Assembly: GCF_000150275.1 (NCBI RefSeq) | Contig: NW_002060952.1 | Location: forward strand, 2,165,128 to 2,229,127 | DNA length: 64,000 bases | Direction: 5' to 3' | Source: Trichoplax adhaerens | Taxonomy: Eukaryota; Animalia; Placozoa | Shown here: one piece after another, positions 26,078 to 41,620 of the stretch | How positions within the stretch are numbered: position 1 is the stretch's first letter | Layout: each line of letters opens with the position of its first letter | Notes under the pieces: generated by a model | What the model saw: the letters and a program-made list of their open reading frames with translations, nothing else | What the model was told of the DNA's origin: nothing | Databases searched by the model: none | Position numbers and translations under genes: made by a program

Positions 26078-27684
26078 CTTTATTTCCAATCACAAAAATG
26101 GATGCTAAATCAGTTGTAGCTTCCTGGGTGATGAGGTAATAATGACAATCAACATAAAATTATATTCTATTAATAAAAAAGATAATGATGATCAAGTTTT
26201 ATCATGTTTACTTTGAAAAAATAATATTAAACGATAGCAAAGGGTAATCGGACAATAGGTTATATATAAATATCAGTAGTTCAAATCATTCTTGATCATG
26301 TGATTTAGAAGAGCTTCCTCAATTATAATTTATGCGGTATCCTTATCGTACAGTCAGAAGGAAAATTATCATTCGCATGGCAGATAGATTCAAATCATCT
26401 GTTCGTTATTGCATAGCGAATGTACTTTGAAAACTATACTATTACCAACAGGCGATATCCTACTCACTTGCTCTGAAGTTTACTTAATATTAAGTCAAGC
26501 TCAAATAAAATACTTGCAAAGCGATTCATTTATTTTTTAAATAAAATTTGATGAAGAATAATGTTGCAATTTACTACTACACAAGAGCTCCAATCATATT
26601 AGAGCACAGGGAAATAACATACTAGACTACAGAATACGTAATATTGTAGTCGGTGATAATTGTATCCTAGTATAAGTACAGTTTAGATGCGATATTATCA
26701 GTATGATAAATGAGGATAATTTAGGATGGTGAATAGTGTAATTAAGTAAGCAATCATAAGCATCTTAACTCTGTCAGCAGAAGACGCAAAGACAAATAGG
26801 CCATTTAAATATCATACAAATAGACTGTAAATGAAAGTGATCTAATATATCAGCAGATCTATAGTCGCAACGTACTGCTATAATTTGATAATTCATGCAA
26901 CAATAATTTTAGCACTTATAGTCGCTTCCATAGAAGTAATCAAAGATCCCTCATAACAGTCACAGTGATACACGTACATGTTTTAGTACTTAATTATGTA
27001 CTTATCAATAGTTATAATTAGATATCGACAGTAATACTGTATATAGCGGTGCCAAAATAATCAGTTACCTTTATCACAGAACCAGGTTAAATAGGATATC
27101 AATAAATATGCTCATAGGACAGAGATTTATTTCCCATAGGAAATCAAGAATATGTACGGCATTAAGATATCAAAACTTAAAGCTTAATGTGTATACCTGT
27201 ATCTTTAAGTGTCAAGAATAGCCGATCTTAAAGCTGACAAAAATTGAAATAATTACGTTAAAGTTATGTTATTGGGATGCACAATAATAGAAAGCAATCA
27301 GTATAACGTAATAGGTGCATTTCAATAAATAAAAGTTAAAGACCATTCAGCGTTACTTCCGGCTGATTGCGTTCAAGGAACTATCAATGCAATAGCAAAT
27401 TCTCACTTTGCTTTACAATACACGTATGTATACAGTATAGAATTTCATTTAGTAAAGTAAGTACTCATATAAAATTTGATTACAGAATAGATAAATATGC
27501 GTTAGGCCATCTGCAATTTAGGTTAAAATTCTTTAGATATAAATAATTTATTTTTAAAATCAAGAATCACATGTAAGATTGTTCATATAATCAATGGATG
27601 TAACTTTTTATCGTGCGCTGCTATCATACAATAGTACTAATACGTAGCATTACATAGATCATAAAATCGAGCAAATAATGTTTT

Positions 27685-30600
27685 TTAGTTTATAATAAAT
27701 TGTGCAATGCAATTCGAAAGGCCAAATACTATAAGGTATATATATGATAGAACGCTGATAACAGTTAAACGATTTTCTTTCTTCCGTATTGCAAACTGCA
27801 CAGCGCAGGGTAAAAGTAGACAATAAAATAAGCCACCACATGCGCCAACAAACCTATGCAGAAATTAAATGAAATAAAAGATTACCAGCTCTGTTTGCCT
27901 ATTCATAACGAGCGACAAGTTGTGCTTTCTTAGGAAAGAATGTACGGTATGGAGTAAGATACTAAGTAGTAGTATTACATTGTGCAGTGAAATTATACTA
28001 ACCTTAATATAGTTCCAACATTAGGAAAAAACATCGCACCAAGAACGCATATCGTGGTTACCATAATATTAAATATAAGAACATGTTTCCAACTAAAAAT
28101 TCAATAAATAGTCATTAAATTTATTCCCTTGTTGAAAAAAGATAAAATAGATAAAGTTAATACAATAGTACAGTATATTACCTTGGATATTTCTCTCCAT
28201 AGAGAGTACTCATGATTTTAATACGAGCAGCAAATGCTATAATTGGATAAGTAACAATATTCTGGATCAATAAAGTTAATCTACCAAGAAACGACATTAT
28301 ATCGTCGGGTCCAAAATTATCCAGGAAAACCTATAACAATTTCAATGTAATACTTAAATCTCCCAAATAAACGCTATTCTAATTTATAACAAATTGTAAA
28401 GCTATCAAAATATTGAACAAATTCGTTACACTTACAGACTGAATACATTGTACAGATAACGGAAATTTAATAAAAAATAACATTCCGACCAGTAGGTACG
28501 TCGCACAGCTACATCCATACGCGATTGTTAGATCTCTAACCTATTATCACAATCGTAATTTGTAAAGGTTAATCACGATTGCAGCTATTTCGGCAATGTC
28601 AGTTCGTAAACTCGTAATTGACATATTTACAGTATTTTGGGGATTACGATTGCATTGAGTTACGGGTAAGAGATTGGCATGGATAGAAAATGCTGTAGAA
28701 ACTACACCAGTCACGACCGGAAAAGTTGGTGAGGCCACTAAAATAAAAATAATAGGCTACGTTAGTACCAGGGCGCAATACAGTAGTCGTAAAAAATAAT
28801 AATGACTAATCCACATAAGTAATTTATTCATTGGATCTAGAATTGACCACATTCTGAGCTTACGTATATTACATTACAAATACACTAATAGTAGATTTTC
28901 AGTTATTGATATAATATAAATGGTAGAAATCAGTAATATGAGAAATTAATAACAGAAAATTAAATATATATATATCTATAGCGTACATTCGAAATTCGTG
29001 TCAATGGTTGATGTCCAGAAACTGCTCTTGATAATGACGAAAATTATTAAATAGAGAGATGATAGTATACCTGCGAATTATACAAATTACAGAGACATTG
29101 TTATTTTAAAAATATTTATCGTAAGCAATGATCATTAAATATCCTATTCTAAGAAAGCTAACTACAACAACCTCTTATAAACTTGATGTAGATTAATTGA
29201 TACTTTACAATATAATAAGAATGGTTTTACAACTTATTTTAAGATAATAAATAATGACTAATACTTGAAAACATTAAATACTTGCTAAGTTAATTTTTTA
29301 GGTTGTCTGTGTAAAATTATAGATATAACAGCCATCGATTACGTATTGTAAAGAATTAGTAGCTGACATGAAATGAGTACATCTAAACATGCACTCTGCA
29401 TTACTTAGTATGCAGTTCGTCCTTTAGCCTTGGTTATGCTTCGAATATTCCCATATAATTAGTAATCAACTAGCAAACAGTCAACTACTTACCTATCGAA
29501 CTTAGTTTATTGAAAATTACGGGCGATGGAAGATTCATTAACGGAAATAGAACTACTATTAAATATAATGGAACGGTCTTTGTTTGATGCCAATATTGAT
29601 CGAATAACCGATCGTTACCAGTTTCTGTCTTATTGCTTTCAAAATCAGTACCATTGATAGCTCCGATTACAGGGCATACAACTTCTGCTATTTATGAAAT
29701 AAGAGTCTAATTTTATTAAAGTCGTAACTATAGCTTCTTTATATTAATAGTGGCTTATCCATTTTTATATTTGTTTTAAGAAACTATACTTAAGCAAATT
29801 ATAATACAAATAATTAAGCAACCTGTATTTACTTTAAATTTACAGAAGTTATACAATTATAAATTATATATCCAATAAATATGAAAAAATATTTACCATT
29901 CATATGGACAGAATTGTTAGAATTGCCATGGACATTTCTAATTATTCGATCTTAGTCAGGAGATAATAATTATTATTATTATTTAATTTATTTATTTTAT
30001 ATTAATTTATTTTATACTATGGAGCTCGAAGTAATCTAAATACATCAAGCTATATTTTGCGATACATAACTACCCAAAATGTGCCTGTACAAAACTGTAA
30101 AGAGAACACGATTTCTATAAATTCATACAATCCCATATGAAATAATTATTTGATTCAAGTAGAGGATAAATATACTACCTATGTGACAGTTTTGTAACTA
30201 TTTATGTTAACCCTTATGAGCAATATCAATACCAATGCTATATAAAGTTACTGGTAGAGTGCTCATACCTCGTACAAAGTATACTGTTGTATACATAAAA
30301 TTACTAGCCAAAATCCAAAATATGAGACAAACACCAATTAACACAATTGAAACGATTACACAGCTGATTTTTTCACTGATCGGGCCAAGGAAATGTCTTA
30401 TAAGATCATTGAAGTCTTTGTATCCATCCTTGCTCTCTAAGGAAAAAATTAAACAATGCACACTTGAATTGAGATCAAAAGCATTTATACTACACGGAAT
30501 GATAGAACAAAGTACCGTTGGATCATCAAGTTGAACTAATATCAGTACAAAGTTTTAAATGGTGCTAAAGAAAAGAGATTAAAAGATCACGCTTCACGTG

Positions 30601-33488
30601 ATAGCACCAAGGGATAGATTTTTAATAAATAATTGATTACACCACGGAATGATAATCTATCTTTCAGTGATATTTAATATCATTTCTACTATTTGCTAAT
30701 TAGGCTTCAAAATTGCAAATACTTTCGTATATGATGGCGTAAAAGAAGTACATTGCCCATATAGTAATACTAACCGAAATGTCGCGCGCCTTCCACTATC
30801 AAATAGCAAGAGTAGAGAAGGGTAAGATTGACCAATATTATAAATAGTGGACCTAAAATTAAACCAGCCTGAAAAAGAAATGGCATATTCGTCATTTGCG
30901 TTTATTAATACAGTACAATGAATTATAGTAAAAAAGGAAAGCAGAAAATAGGCTCTATGCAAGCTTCGAGTGATATAAACTATGCTTTGATCATTAATTT
31001 ATACAGAAGTAATTTATTAGTAGCCATGCTATCTGCGAAATGTATTTGTGTATATATATAACACATTATCTGTTATACTGTATAATGAAACTGATAAATG
31101 TAAAAATACTCCAACGTAAACTTTCCTAATTTCATAGTAATATCTAGTTTAATTTAGTATAACCATTGCCTGCGAAAAATAATACTTATCCATTGACAGC
31201 ATATAATGACGTTTAATAGCGAGCAAGAAATACCTTTCCAATAGCCCAAGGTATAGATAGGAGAGATGTTCCTACAGTTAGGTTCCAAATGGAAAATCTA
31301 ATCCAATAAATCACATGAGCGTTAGAAGGGCTCGTAAGAGTGAAGTACAAAATATACTGTACTATTTGAGAGAATCTAAAAACTGGCTATTGCTATTGGT
31401 GCTATATTAACTACTGTAATTGGCTACTGTAGTGCCTATAGGAAAGAAGTATTGTTGAAGCCAAAGAGATATACTGTGGGTATCATTATTAAAGATCTTT
31501 GAATCTGTACGCAATCTTTTAACGTTGCTAACCAACATGCAATGCAATAATAAAATACAAGCAAAAATGTTATTATCGTCCAATACTAATATACAGTAGT
31601 ATACCTGTAGCAATAATGATCATTTAAAATTTTCACAACTGCACACATTAATAGATAGATCTATAAGGTTATGCCGATTCGTATCATAACAGTCCCTACA
31701 ATAGTACTGCAAGACTATTTATTACTGAATTTATTTATTCAAGATTATATTATCATCAATCTATTACTGTGTAAATATCATATTCTTTGCCATGATACTA
31801 TTTGGTTTCTGATCAACTTGGATCACCTGGAACTATAATCCAAGCACGCAATCACTCCATGATTCTAGCAACATCAGGTGCAGTACATTAATGGAATGGA
31901 TACTATTCTAAGCATCGTTTCCCTAGTCCAGCAAAGATTAGTGTACCCATGTCAAAGGTTAGTACTAGCTGAAAGAGAGGGACATCCAGTGGCCCTCCAA
32001 TGCCAAAAAATGAGGAGGTTTGCCATTCTACTCTACTCTACTACTCGACCCCTATACTGTACTGCATAAAATCAATCTGTTTAACTTATCCGGATGAGAA
32101 TCGTCGGCAGTATAGCTGAAATGAGCCAGTAAACTAGTCCGTCTGCTCATTGTTAGGATATTGAACGACCATTTTGGGGTCCTCTCTCTTTCCTTCCTTG
32201 TACTGTAGCAGTCACTGTCTGTAGCAATGATGAGTTATTTTTATAGTTTTCAAGTATAAAGTTGAACTAATGTACAGGACAGTATAGGAGAACTTTCACT
32301 ACGGTACTTCTTCATAGCTGGATATTGTAATCATAACTGATGATACGCGTTCGATTTGGATGGAAAGTTGTGAAATTGATCGGGTGAAGGAGAGAAATTT
32401 TAGTCGTGTAATCCCTGACTTGATAACTAGTTTCTGTGTTTTAGTCTATTAAAGAAACTCTTGTACTGTATAACATGCTGTCGACTTGCCGACTCATAGA
32501 ATCGTTGTAATATCATCAAGGGATAATAATAACATTCTCAATATTCTCTTTGGCATTAACTCATCATGCTACTGTACTTACATGGTAACCAAACTACTCT
32601 GTTTGCCATCCTTTCCTTTCTTAATAGAAACTTGATCCCCTTGAAATTCTTTCATATAAAAGTTACCCATTCTATCTTCAGTCCGCAAGGTATCCTAGAA
32701 ATTAGATAGAATAGAAATACGAGATGGATAGACGTAAGTGAATGATTTCAAGTTTTGATGCGTAGATTATTCTTTATTTTACACTATTTATACCCTATCT
32801 ATACAGCTTAAGGCATGAATCACATTGAGTTGTGTTCAATTAGTATAATTGAAGATTGCATAACATTTCTGTCTGACTATCTCGTATGTATTTGCGATCT
32901 TCAAGACCCTGTATTGGGATGCAAAGTATGAACAGGCTGGATGAATGAATCCCTTACAGGGATTCTTTTTCAATTAGCAGACTCACGGTAGAGTTGAATT
33001 GAATCTCCATTCAAAGAGCAACAGACCATAGGAAACAAGGCAATCTATTTGTTAGCAGCATGATGGTAGGCTGGTGAATGATGTCTTGGATAGAGAAAAA
33101 TAGAATCCATTAAAATAGATCCATTGGTTATTTCCTCCCATTGACATTGATGTCCATTTTTTTATTCAGTATTGAATCGCCGATGTTGTACTGGTGCTAT
33201 ACTGTTCATTGTGTACAGCACTTATGAAACAGTAGCGATAGTGAATGATTGCATCATTTCGGAATATATGATAGAATACTAATATACGATCAAAGATTGA
33301 CCATGAATGTATTGTAGCCGGCATAGGGAAATGGAGAAGTTTATTGCATTACATCCACTTGAAAATAGAACTAATCGTCATTACACATTATAAAATCATC
33401 AGTAAGAACTTACCGTTCGTCTCCATGTGAACCTGGTGTCGTCCAGTAGATCGTGAACGCCATTTGCCTGCATCTTGATGTCATTCAT
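27685..33488 (-). CDS. SLC38A9: SLC38A9-like lysosomal amino-acid transporter, tandem copy 1
   Basis: Exons: MNDIKMQANGVHDLLDDTRFTWRRT (33414-33488); DTLRTEDRMGNF...KQSSLVTI (32582-32694); FSIWNLTVGTSLLSIPWAIGK (31234-31297); AGLILG...; ILASNFMY; EVVCP...YWHQTKTVPLYL; FPVVTGVVSTAFSIHANLL; VRDLTIAY; FLDNFGPDD; last exon RFVGACGGLFYCLLLP...SNCIAQFIIN*. These segments are colinear with human SLC38A9. The first exon is less certain; an alternative ATG lies at 32670. Confidence 0.9.
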
Positions 33489-34115
33489 CGTGCTGCATCC
33501 AGCTTTACGATCGATGACGATCTCAGTCTAAAACGTATTTTGGCACTTTCTTCTTATCCAGTCCGAAATCCAAAGTCAATATTAGGTAATCGAGGGGTTA
33601 ATCAGGGGCTTTTAAGAGAAGTTCAAGAGAAATCCTTAGGGTCAACTCTAGTGTTATAGAGGTCGATTCGATCCAGCTGTTAAAACATACACAACTTGAG
33701 CTGGCTACTTTTAAAAGTATCAAGTACAGTATGGTGAAACTTGTAAAAAAAGCCCAAGTTTTTCTGGTGTATTTTTAGTAAATGCAATCGGCCAATAGGA
33801 TAAAGTTCCAATCAAAAATCGCAGCACGGCGTTATTGTAGATAGACATGACGTAGGCAATTTGTAGAATAGAATCAGCTGAACAGAATATTCTATTTTGA
33901 TCTTATGTCAATAGTGTTTGCATTGTATCAAGTAACTTCTTATCCATGTTAACCAATCAATGCAGCGCCCATACTAGCCCAGAGATAGGTTAAGATTTGT
34001 TTGTTTCGAAATGGCTTACTGTTGCTTGTAGATGTGTAGACATGAACTACTCAATATATCTGATAGTCCATGTCTGGATTATTAGTGTTATGAAATGAAG
34101 CAAGTAACGGTATAC

Positions 34116-34668
34116 CAAATGTAACTAGTATTACGATTGTAGACTGTTAGCCATGTTTAGTAAAAAATAAGGTAGATATTTATCCTAAGAGATATTTGGT
34201 AGCCATAACTATAGACTGTAGTGGTAGAGACTCTATGCTAGAGTACAGATAACTATATACAGTAAGGTGTTGAGTTACTAATAAGGCTATAGGTAAAAGT
34301 AGAACTGTAAATCATATATTAGGATATGGTTAATTCATTGTACTTTGGCTAGTGTGAATAATGTCTACGTAAGTACTGTAGTTGTATCCATATTGGATTA
34401 ATGATGGTCCGCAGTAGAATAGTCTTACTAAGAATAATTTAACTAAGTGTAAAATAAGGTAAAAGGTTGCCATGCGGATTGTAGCTGCGAATGCTACGGA
34501 AAGTATAAAAGCATGCAACTGTAGATTATTCTGTTAGTTCGTTCTAGAAGTCTTTAGTAGTAGTATTCGGCTAAAAGTAGAGCTGTGTGTAGTTAATCTT
34601 TGTATAAGATTGAATAAAGCCCTTATTTTTCTAAAATTTGGAATTTCGTGATTGGTATATATCACAAC
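34116..34668. mobile_element. ~550 bp dispersed-repeat insertion (second copy at ~54130-54660)
   Basis: The segment is absent at the homologous site near 43050 and from the homologous 238-bp repeat unit. It is flanked by ACCA on both sides and aligns along its length with 54130-54660. No terminal inverted repeats or ORF were recognised. Confidence 0.55.
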
Positions 34669-36129
34669 CATAAAAAAGAAGCATGTTATCAGCTGCAGTT
34701 TTGACACTCTGCGACAGTAAAAATGGTTTCCTAGACTTCAAATTAGCTGACAAAGTACAGAAAACACGGAAATTTTTCTCATTTAGGTGTACATTGTTAT
34801 AGTGAGTAGGCCTATGCTTACTCAGTTACACATTTTACAACTGGTCCGTAGGTGAAAGTGATCCAATAGATCAGTAGATATACAGTAGCAATCTACTTTT
34901 TATCATTGGATAATTGATTCAATAATAATAAATATAATTTTAGTACTTACTCGTAGGACGAGTTACATCAAAGTAATCAGAAACTCCTCATAGCAGTCAC
35001 GGTGATGCATACTTTATTACTAAATCGTTAAAACCAATGTGTGCCTATCTGTAATTGGATATTTATAGTAATATATATATATATATATATACAAGGGTAA
35101 TCAGTTACCTTTACGATAGAAGCAGGTTAAACAAGATATCAATAAATATGCAGATAGAACAGAGATTTATTTGCCATAGGGAATAACAGACACATACGGC
35201 ATCGAGATATTGAAATTTATGGCTTGAAGTGTAGTGTATACCTGTTTCTTTAAGAATTAAGAATAGCCGATCTCAAAATCGATAAAAATTGAAACAATTA
35301 AGGTAAAGTTAGATTATTAAGATGTTCATTGTACAATAATAGAAAGTAATTAGTATAACTTAGTACATTTCAATAAATAAGAGCTAAAGACAATTTAATG
35401 TTATTTCCGACTGATAAAGTTTAAGGAACTATTCTCAATTCTCACTTTGCTTTACAATAGGTATATGCTATACAGTTGTAATAAATGTTTCTTACAAATA
35501 ACTGTCTTAGTCAAAGGAAATTTTCTGAAAGGCTTTTATTACAAAGTTTAGGAATAGTAGAGTAAAAATTAGTTATTACAAGAATCTAGTCTAATGTATT
35601 CCGAGCTCAGAGTGAAGTGTAGTCTCTAATGTGAGCTCATCTCCGCAGTTCTTAAACACATTTCGTTAAATCCATTTCTGATAGCATAATTAACTACAAT
35701 CAGATTTGGGTCATCAAACAGAATACTTTTCTTTAAATAGATCATCATTAACTTTTACAATCCCAATCATTCAACTTAAAATATCTCTACTCTTCTATTA
35801 ATGTTCATCACCTTTCGATGTTGGGCATCTTCACAATTACAGCATATCAAGTCACATAATCTTGTACCATAATATACTAGTGCAAACTCCCGTCGCTTTG
35901 CTGACGGTTTACGATAATGTACTCATGTAACAGATAGTATTACCATTTGATAGACCTGTCAGAACTATATCAAATATAGCTATCATTATAATCAAATATG
36001 GGGTGCACCATGAAGACCTTATATGACCTTTCATGCAAACACAGTTTCGTTTATCATGTACTGATATAAAATTTGATTACGGTATAGATAAACAAGCGTT
36101 GAGGATAAACTCCAGTAAATAATGTTTTT

Positions 36130-39100
36130 TTAGTTTACAAGAATTTGTGCAATGCAATTCGCAACGCCAAATACTATAACATAAATATATGATAAAACAC
36201 TGATAATAGTCAAACGATTTCTTTCTTTCGTATTACAAACTGTACAGCGCAGGGTAAAAATAAGCAATACAATAAGCCACCAAATGCGCCAAAATACCTA
36301 TGGAAGAATTAAATAGAATAAAACATTACCATCTTTGCTTGCCTATTCATAACGAGTAACAAGTTGCGTTTTCTTAGGAGTGAATGTACGATATACGAGT
36401 ATAGTGAGATTATTAATTAACTTACAAATTATATTGCATAGTGAAATTATGCTAACCTTAATATAGTTCCAACATTAGGAAAAAACATCGCACCAAGAAC
36501 GCATACCGTGGTTACCATAATATTAAATATAAGAACATGTTTCCAACTAAAAATTCAATAAATAGTCATTAAATTTATTCCCTTGTTGAAAAAGATAAAA
36601 TAGATAAAGTTAATACAATAGTACAGTATATTACCTTGGATATTTCTCTCCATAGAGAGTACTCATGATTTTAATACGAGCAGCAAATGCTATAATTGGA
36701 TAAGTAACAATATTCTGGATCAATAAAGTTAATCTACCAAGAAACGACATTATATCGTCGGGTCCAAAATTATCCAGGAAAACCTATAACAATTTCAATG
36801 TAATACTTAAATCTCCCAAATAAACGCTATTCTAATTTATAACAAATTGTAAAGCTATCAAAATATTGAAGTAATTCGTTATACTTACAGACTGAATACA
36901 CTGTACAGATAACGGAAATTTAATAAAAAATAACATTCCGACCAGTAGGTACGTCGCACAGCTACATCCATACGCGATTGTTAGATCTCTAACCTATTAT
37001 CACAATCGTAATTTGTAAAGGTTAATCACGAATGCAGCTATTTCGGCAATGTCAGTTCGTAAACTCGTAATTGATATACTCCTATTTACAGTATTTTGGG
37101 GATTACGATTGCACTGAGTTATGGGCAAGAGAATGCCGTGGGTAGAAAACGCATTAGAAACTACACCAGTCACGATCGGAAAAGTTGGTAAAGCTACTAA
37201 AAATAGAAATAATAGGCTACATTATCATCAGAGCGCAATACAGTAGTCGTAAAAAAATAATAATGACTAATCCATATAAGTAATATATTTATTGCATCCA
37301 GTATTGACTACATTCTGAGCTTACATCGTATTATAAACACACTAATAGTAGATTTTCAATTATTGATATAATATAAATAGTAGAGGTCAGTAATAAGAGA
37401 AATTAATAATAGAAAATTTATATATATCTATAGTATACATTCGAAATTCGTATCATCGGTTGATGTCCAGAAACTGCTCTGATAATGACGAANATTATCA
37501 TATAGACAGATGAAAGTATACCTATAAATCAAAAATTACAGAGACATTGTTATTGTAAAAGTATTTATCGTATTTTGCTCTAAGGAAGTTATCTACTACA
37601 ATCTCTTATAAACTTGATGTGGATTAGTTGATACTTTACAGCATAATAAAAAATTGTTTTATCTTATTATAAAACAATTATTATTTAATAATAAATAACG
37701 ATTAATGCTTAGTAGTATACAGTATATTAATTGCTTGCTAACTTAATTCTTAAAATTATCTATGCGAAATTGTAGATATAACAGCCATCGATTACGTTTC
37801 TTATAGAATTAGTAGCCGACATGAAATGAGTATCTAAACGTGCACTCTGCATTATTTAGTATTAATGAGTTCGTATTTTAACTCTGGTTATACATCGAAT
37901 ATTTTCTTATAATTAGTTATCAAATAGCATATAGTTAAGCTACTTACCTATTGAACTTAATTTATTGAAAACTACAGGCGATTGAAGATTCATTAATGGA
38001 AACAGAATTACTATTAAATATAATGGAACGGTCTGTGTTTGATTCCAATATTGATCAAATAACCAATTGTCACCGGTTTCTGTCCAATTACTTCCAAAAT
38101 TGCTATCATTGACAATCCCAACCACAGGACATACAACTTCTGTTATTTTATTAAATAAAAGAGTCCAACTTTTATTTATATCGTAATTATAACCATTTTA
38201 CATTAACAGTGGCTTATCAATTTTGTATTTGTTATAAGAATACTATACTTAAATAAATTATAATACATAATACTGCTTACTTCACGACATCATAGCTAGT
38301 ACGTTTTAGTAATCTGTTATTACTTTAAATTTATAGAAGCTATACAATTATAAATTATATTTCCAATAGATATGAAAAAGTACTTACCATTCATGTTAAC
38401 AGAATTGCTAGAATTGTCGTGGATATTTCTAATTATTTGATCTTAGTCAGGAGATAATAATTACTGTTATTATTAGTTTTATTACTTCATTTATTTTGTA
38501 TTAATTTCTATTACACTATTGAGCTCGAAATAATCTAAATACATTAAGGTATATTTATTGGGATACATGACTACTCAAATGTGCTAGTATAAAACTGTAA
38601 AGAGGACACGAGCTCTACAAATTCCATGCATTGCCATACGAAATAATTTGATTAAAGCATGAAACAAGTATGCTACTAAGTAAGTGACAGTTTTATAACT
38701 ATTTATGTTAACCCTTATGAGCAATATCGATAGTATACCAATGCTACGTAAGGTTACTTGTAATAATAGTATACCTCGTATAAAGTATACTGTTGTATAC
38801 AAAAAATTACTAGCCAAAATCCAATATATGAGACAAGCGCCAATTAAAACAATTGAAATGATTAAACAACTGATTTTTTCCCCGATCGGGCCAAGGAAAT
38901 ATCTTATAACATCGTTGAAGTCTTTATATCCTTCATTGCTCTCTGTGTGATTGAATTTAACAATGTAGACTTGAATTGAGATCAAATCATTTTATACCAT
39001 ACAGAATGATAGAACAAAGTAATATCGGATCATCAAGTTGAACTAAAATTGATACAAAGTTTTAAATAGCACTGAAGGAGAAAGATTAAAAGATCGCTGT

Positions 39101-41620
39101 TCAAGTGGTAACACCAAAGGATAGATTTTAATAAATAATGAAGTAAATAATTGATTGTACCACTAAATCGCAATGTATCTGTCAGTAGTATTCAATATTA
39201 CACCTTATATTTAATAATTAGGTTTCAAGAGTGCTAATACATTCGTATAGCATAACGTGAAAGAAGTACATTACCTATATAGTAACACTAACCGTAATGC
39301 CGCGCACTTTCGACTACCAAATAGCAAGAGTAGAGAAAGGTGAGATTAACCCATATTACCAATAATGGACCTGAAATTAAACCAGCCTGAAAAGAAAATG
39401 GCATATTTGTCGTTTACTTTTATGGATATAATAATTTATAATAAACAAGAATAGCAGAAAATAGACTCTAAGCAAGCTTCAAGATATACAAGTATCATCA
39501 ATTATATATTATGCTTGTCTAATTTATACTGAAGTAATTATAAGTAACAATGTTATCAGTAAAATATATCTCATTTAAATATTATCTCTTATGTTGTATC
39601 GTGAAATTAGCAAATGTAAAAATACTCCAGGGTAAGCTTCTCTAATTTCTTAGTAACATTTAATTTATAAAATTCAGTATAAGAAATTGTCTGCTAAAGA
39701 TAATACTTATCCATTGGCTGAGTATAATCACCCATGATAACAAGCGCAAGAAATACCTTTCCAATAGCCCAAGGTATAGATAGGAGAGATGTTCCTAAAG
39801 TTATATTCCAAATTGTGAATCTAATTCAATAAATTACATGAGCGTGAGAATGGATATTAGGAGTGAAGTAAGAATACTATTCAAGTGAATCTAAGTGCTG
39901 GTTATTGCGATAGATATTATTGGCGCTATATTAACTACTGTGATTGGCTACCGTAGTGAATAGGGAAGAAGTATTATTGGAGTTAGAAAGAGTATTAAGT
40001 ATCATTAATCTTTGAATAGTGTACTACGAAAGTTTATTACAGAAGTTATTAAGGATTATACGATACGCCGAATGTGTCTCTATTACAATGTGTCTATATT
40101 ATTTACTATTATACTATCTTATTTTCAAGTGACCTGGATGATCTGAAGTACATAATCCAAGTACACAACCTTTCAATTAAGATACTAACTACTCTAGTAT
40201 AATAATGAAATAAAAGTAATTGCTAATATCGTCCGACATTAATATGGTATACTACTAGTAATAAAGATCATTTTGAAATTTTGAAATCATTAAAGAATTG
40301 TTGACAACTGTACGCACTCATAGCTAGATCTATCACGTTATGTTTGTTAGTATCATAAAAGGTCCTGTAATATTACTATACTGCTATTACTGCATTCGTT
40401 TTAATCAAGATTATTGATCTATTGCTGTATACGTGCCCATATTGTTTGCTATGATACTATCGGGTTTCTAATCGAATTGGATTACCTACAGTTGTATGAT
40501 TCTAAGTACGCAATTATCAAACTATGGTCACAACGTACGGTAGAATAATGAAATACAAGCAATTGTGATATCGTCCAACATTAATATAGTATACCCATAC
40601 CAATAATGATGACATTTTAAAGACTTTCATAACTGTACACAGCAATAGCTAGATCTATAAGGTTATGCTTGTTAGTATCATGGAAGGTCCTGCTAAATAG
40701 TACTGTACGATTGTTTATTGCTGAATTTATTCATCTAACATTATCGATTTATTACGGTATAAGTGTTCATATTATTATCCACGATTAATCACTTAAAGAA
40801 TAACATCAGGATGCAGCACAATAATGAAATACACGTACATGTACTGTAATTCTAAATATCGATTCTCCTGTCCAGCAAAAATGGAGTGTACCCATGTCCT
40901 GGACAGGGACTAGTACTAACTGAAAGAGAGGAGCATCAAGCGGCCGTTCAATGCCCTTACTATGTGGAGGCTTGTCCTGTTTCTAGTCATTCTACTCTAC
41001 TCTACCTCTCGAACCTTATACCGCATTGTATAAAATCATTCTGCCAGCTTATCCGGATGAGAATCGTAGAGAATATAGCTGGAATGAACTAGAAAAATGG
41101 TCAGTACTGCCCGTTTTTAGTATACTGAATGACCATTTCCAGATGCTCTCTCTTTCCCTTTAGTATACCCGTAGCAATGATGAGTTACTTTTCGTTCAAG
41201 CATAAAATTGAACTATGTACCCGTATAGTAATGAGAAAACTGTCATAATTGTACCTATTCACAGCTGGTTATTGTAATCATGACTGATAAATTGATGATA
41301 CGCGTTAGATTTGGATGGAAAGTTGTGAAATTGATCGGGTGAAGGAGAGAAATTTTAATGGTGTAGTCCCTGGCTGGACAGCTGGTTTCTGTGTTTTATT
41401 CTATTGGAGAATCTCTTGTATAACATGCTATAAAATTGTCTACTTATAGAAGCCTTGCTGCATCATCGAGGGATAGTAATCGTGTTGTCAATATTCTTCT
41501 TGGAATCGTCTCCTCATATTAATGTACTTACATGGTAACCAAACTACTCTGTTTGCCGTCCTTTCCTTTCTTGATAGAAACTTGATCAGCTTGAAATTCT
41601 TTCATAGAAAAGTCACCCAT
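36130..41620 (-). CDS. SLC38A9: SLC38A9-like transporter, tandem copy 2 (possible frameshift or sequencing error; upstream exon decayed)
   Basis: Same exon set as copy 1: MGDFSMKEFQADQVSIKKGKDGKQSSLVTI / FTIWNITLGTSLLSIPW ... SNAFSTHGILL ... NCIAQILVN*. There is a 1-nt deletion at ~37480 close to an N at 37493. Confidence 0.8.
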
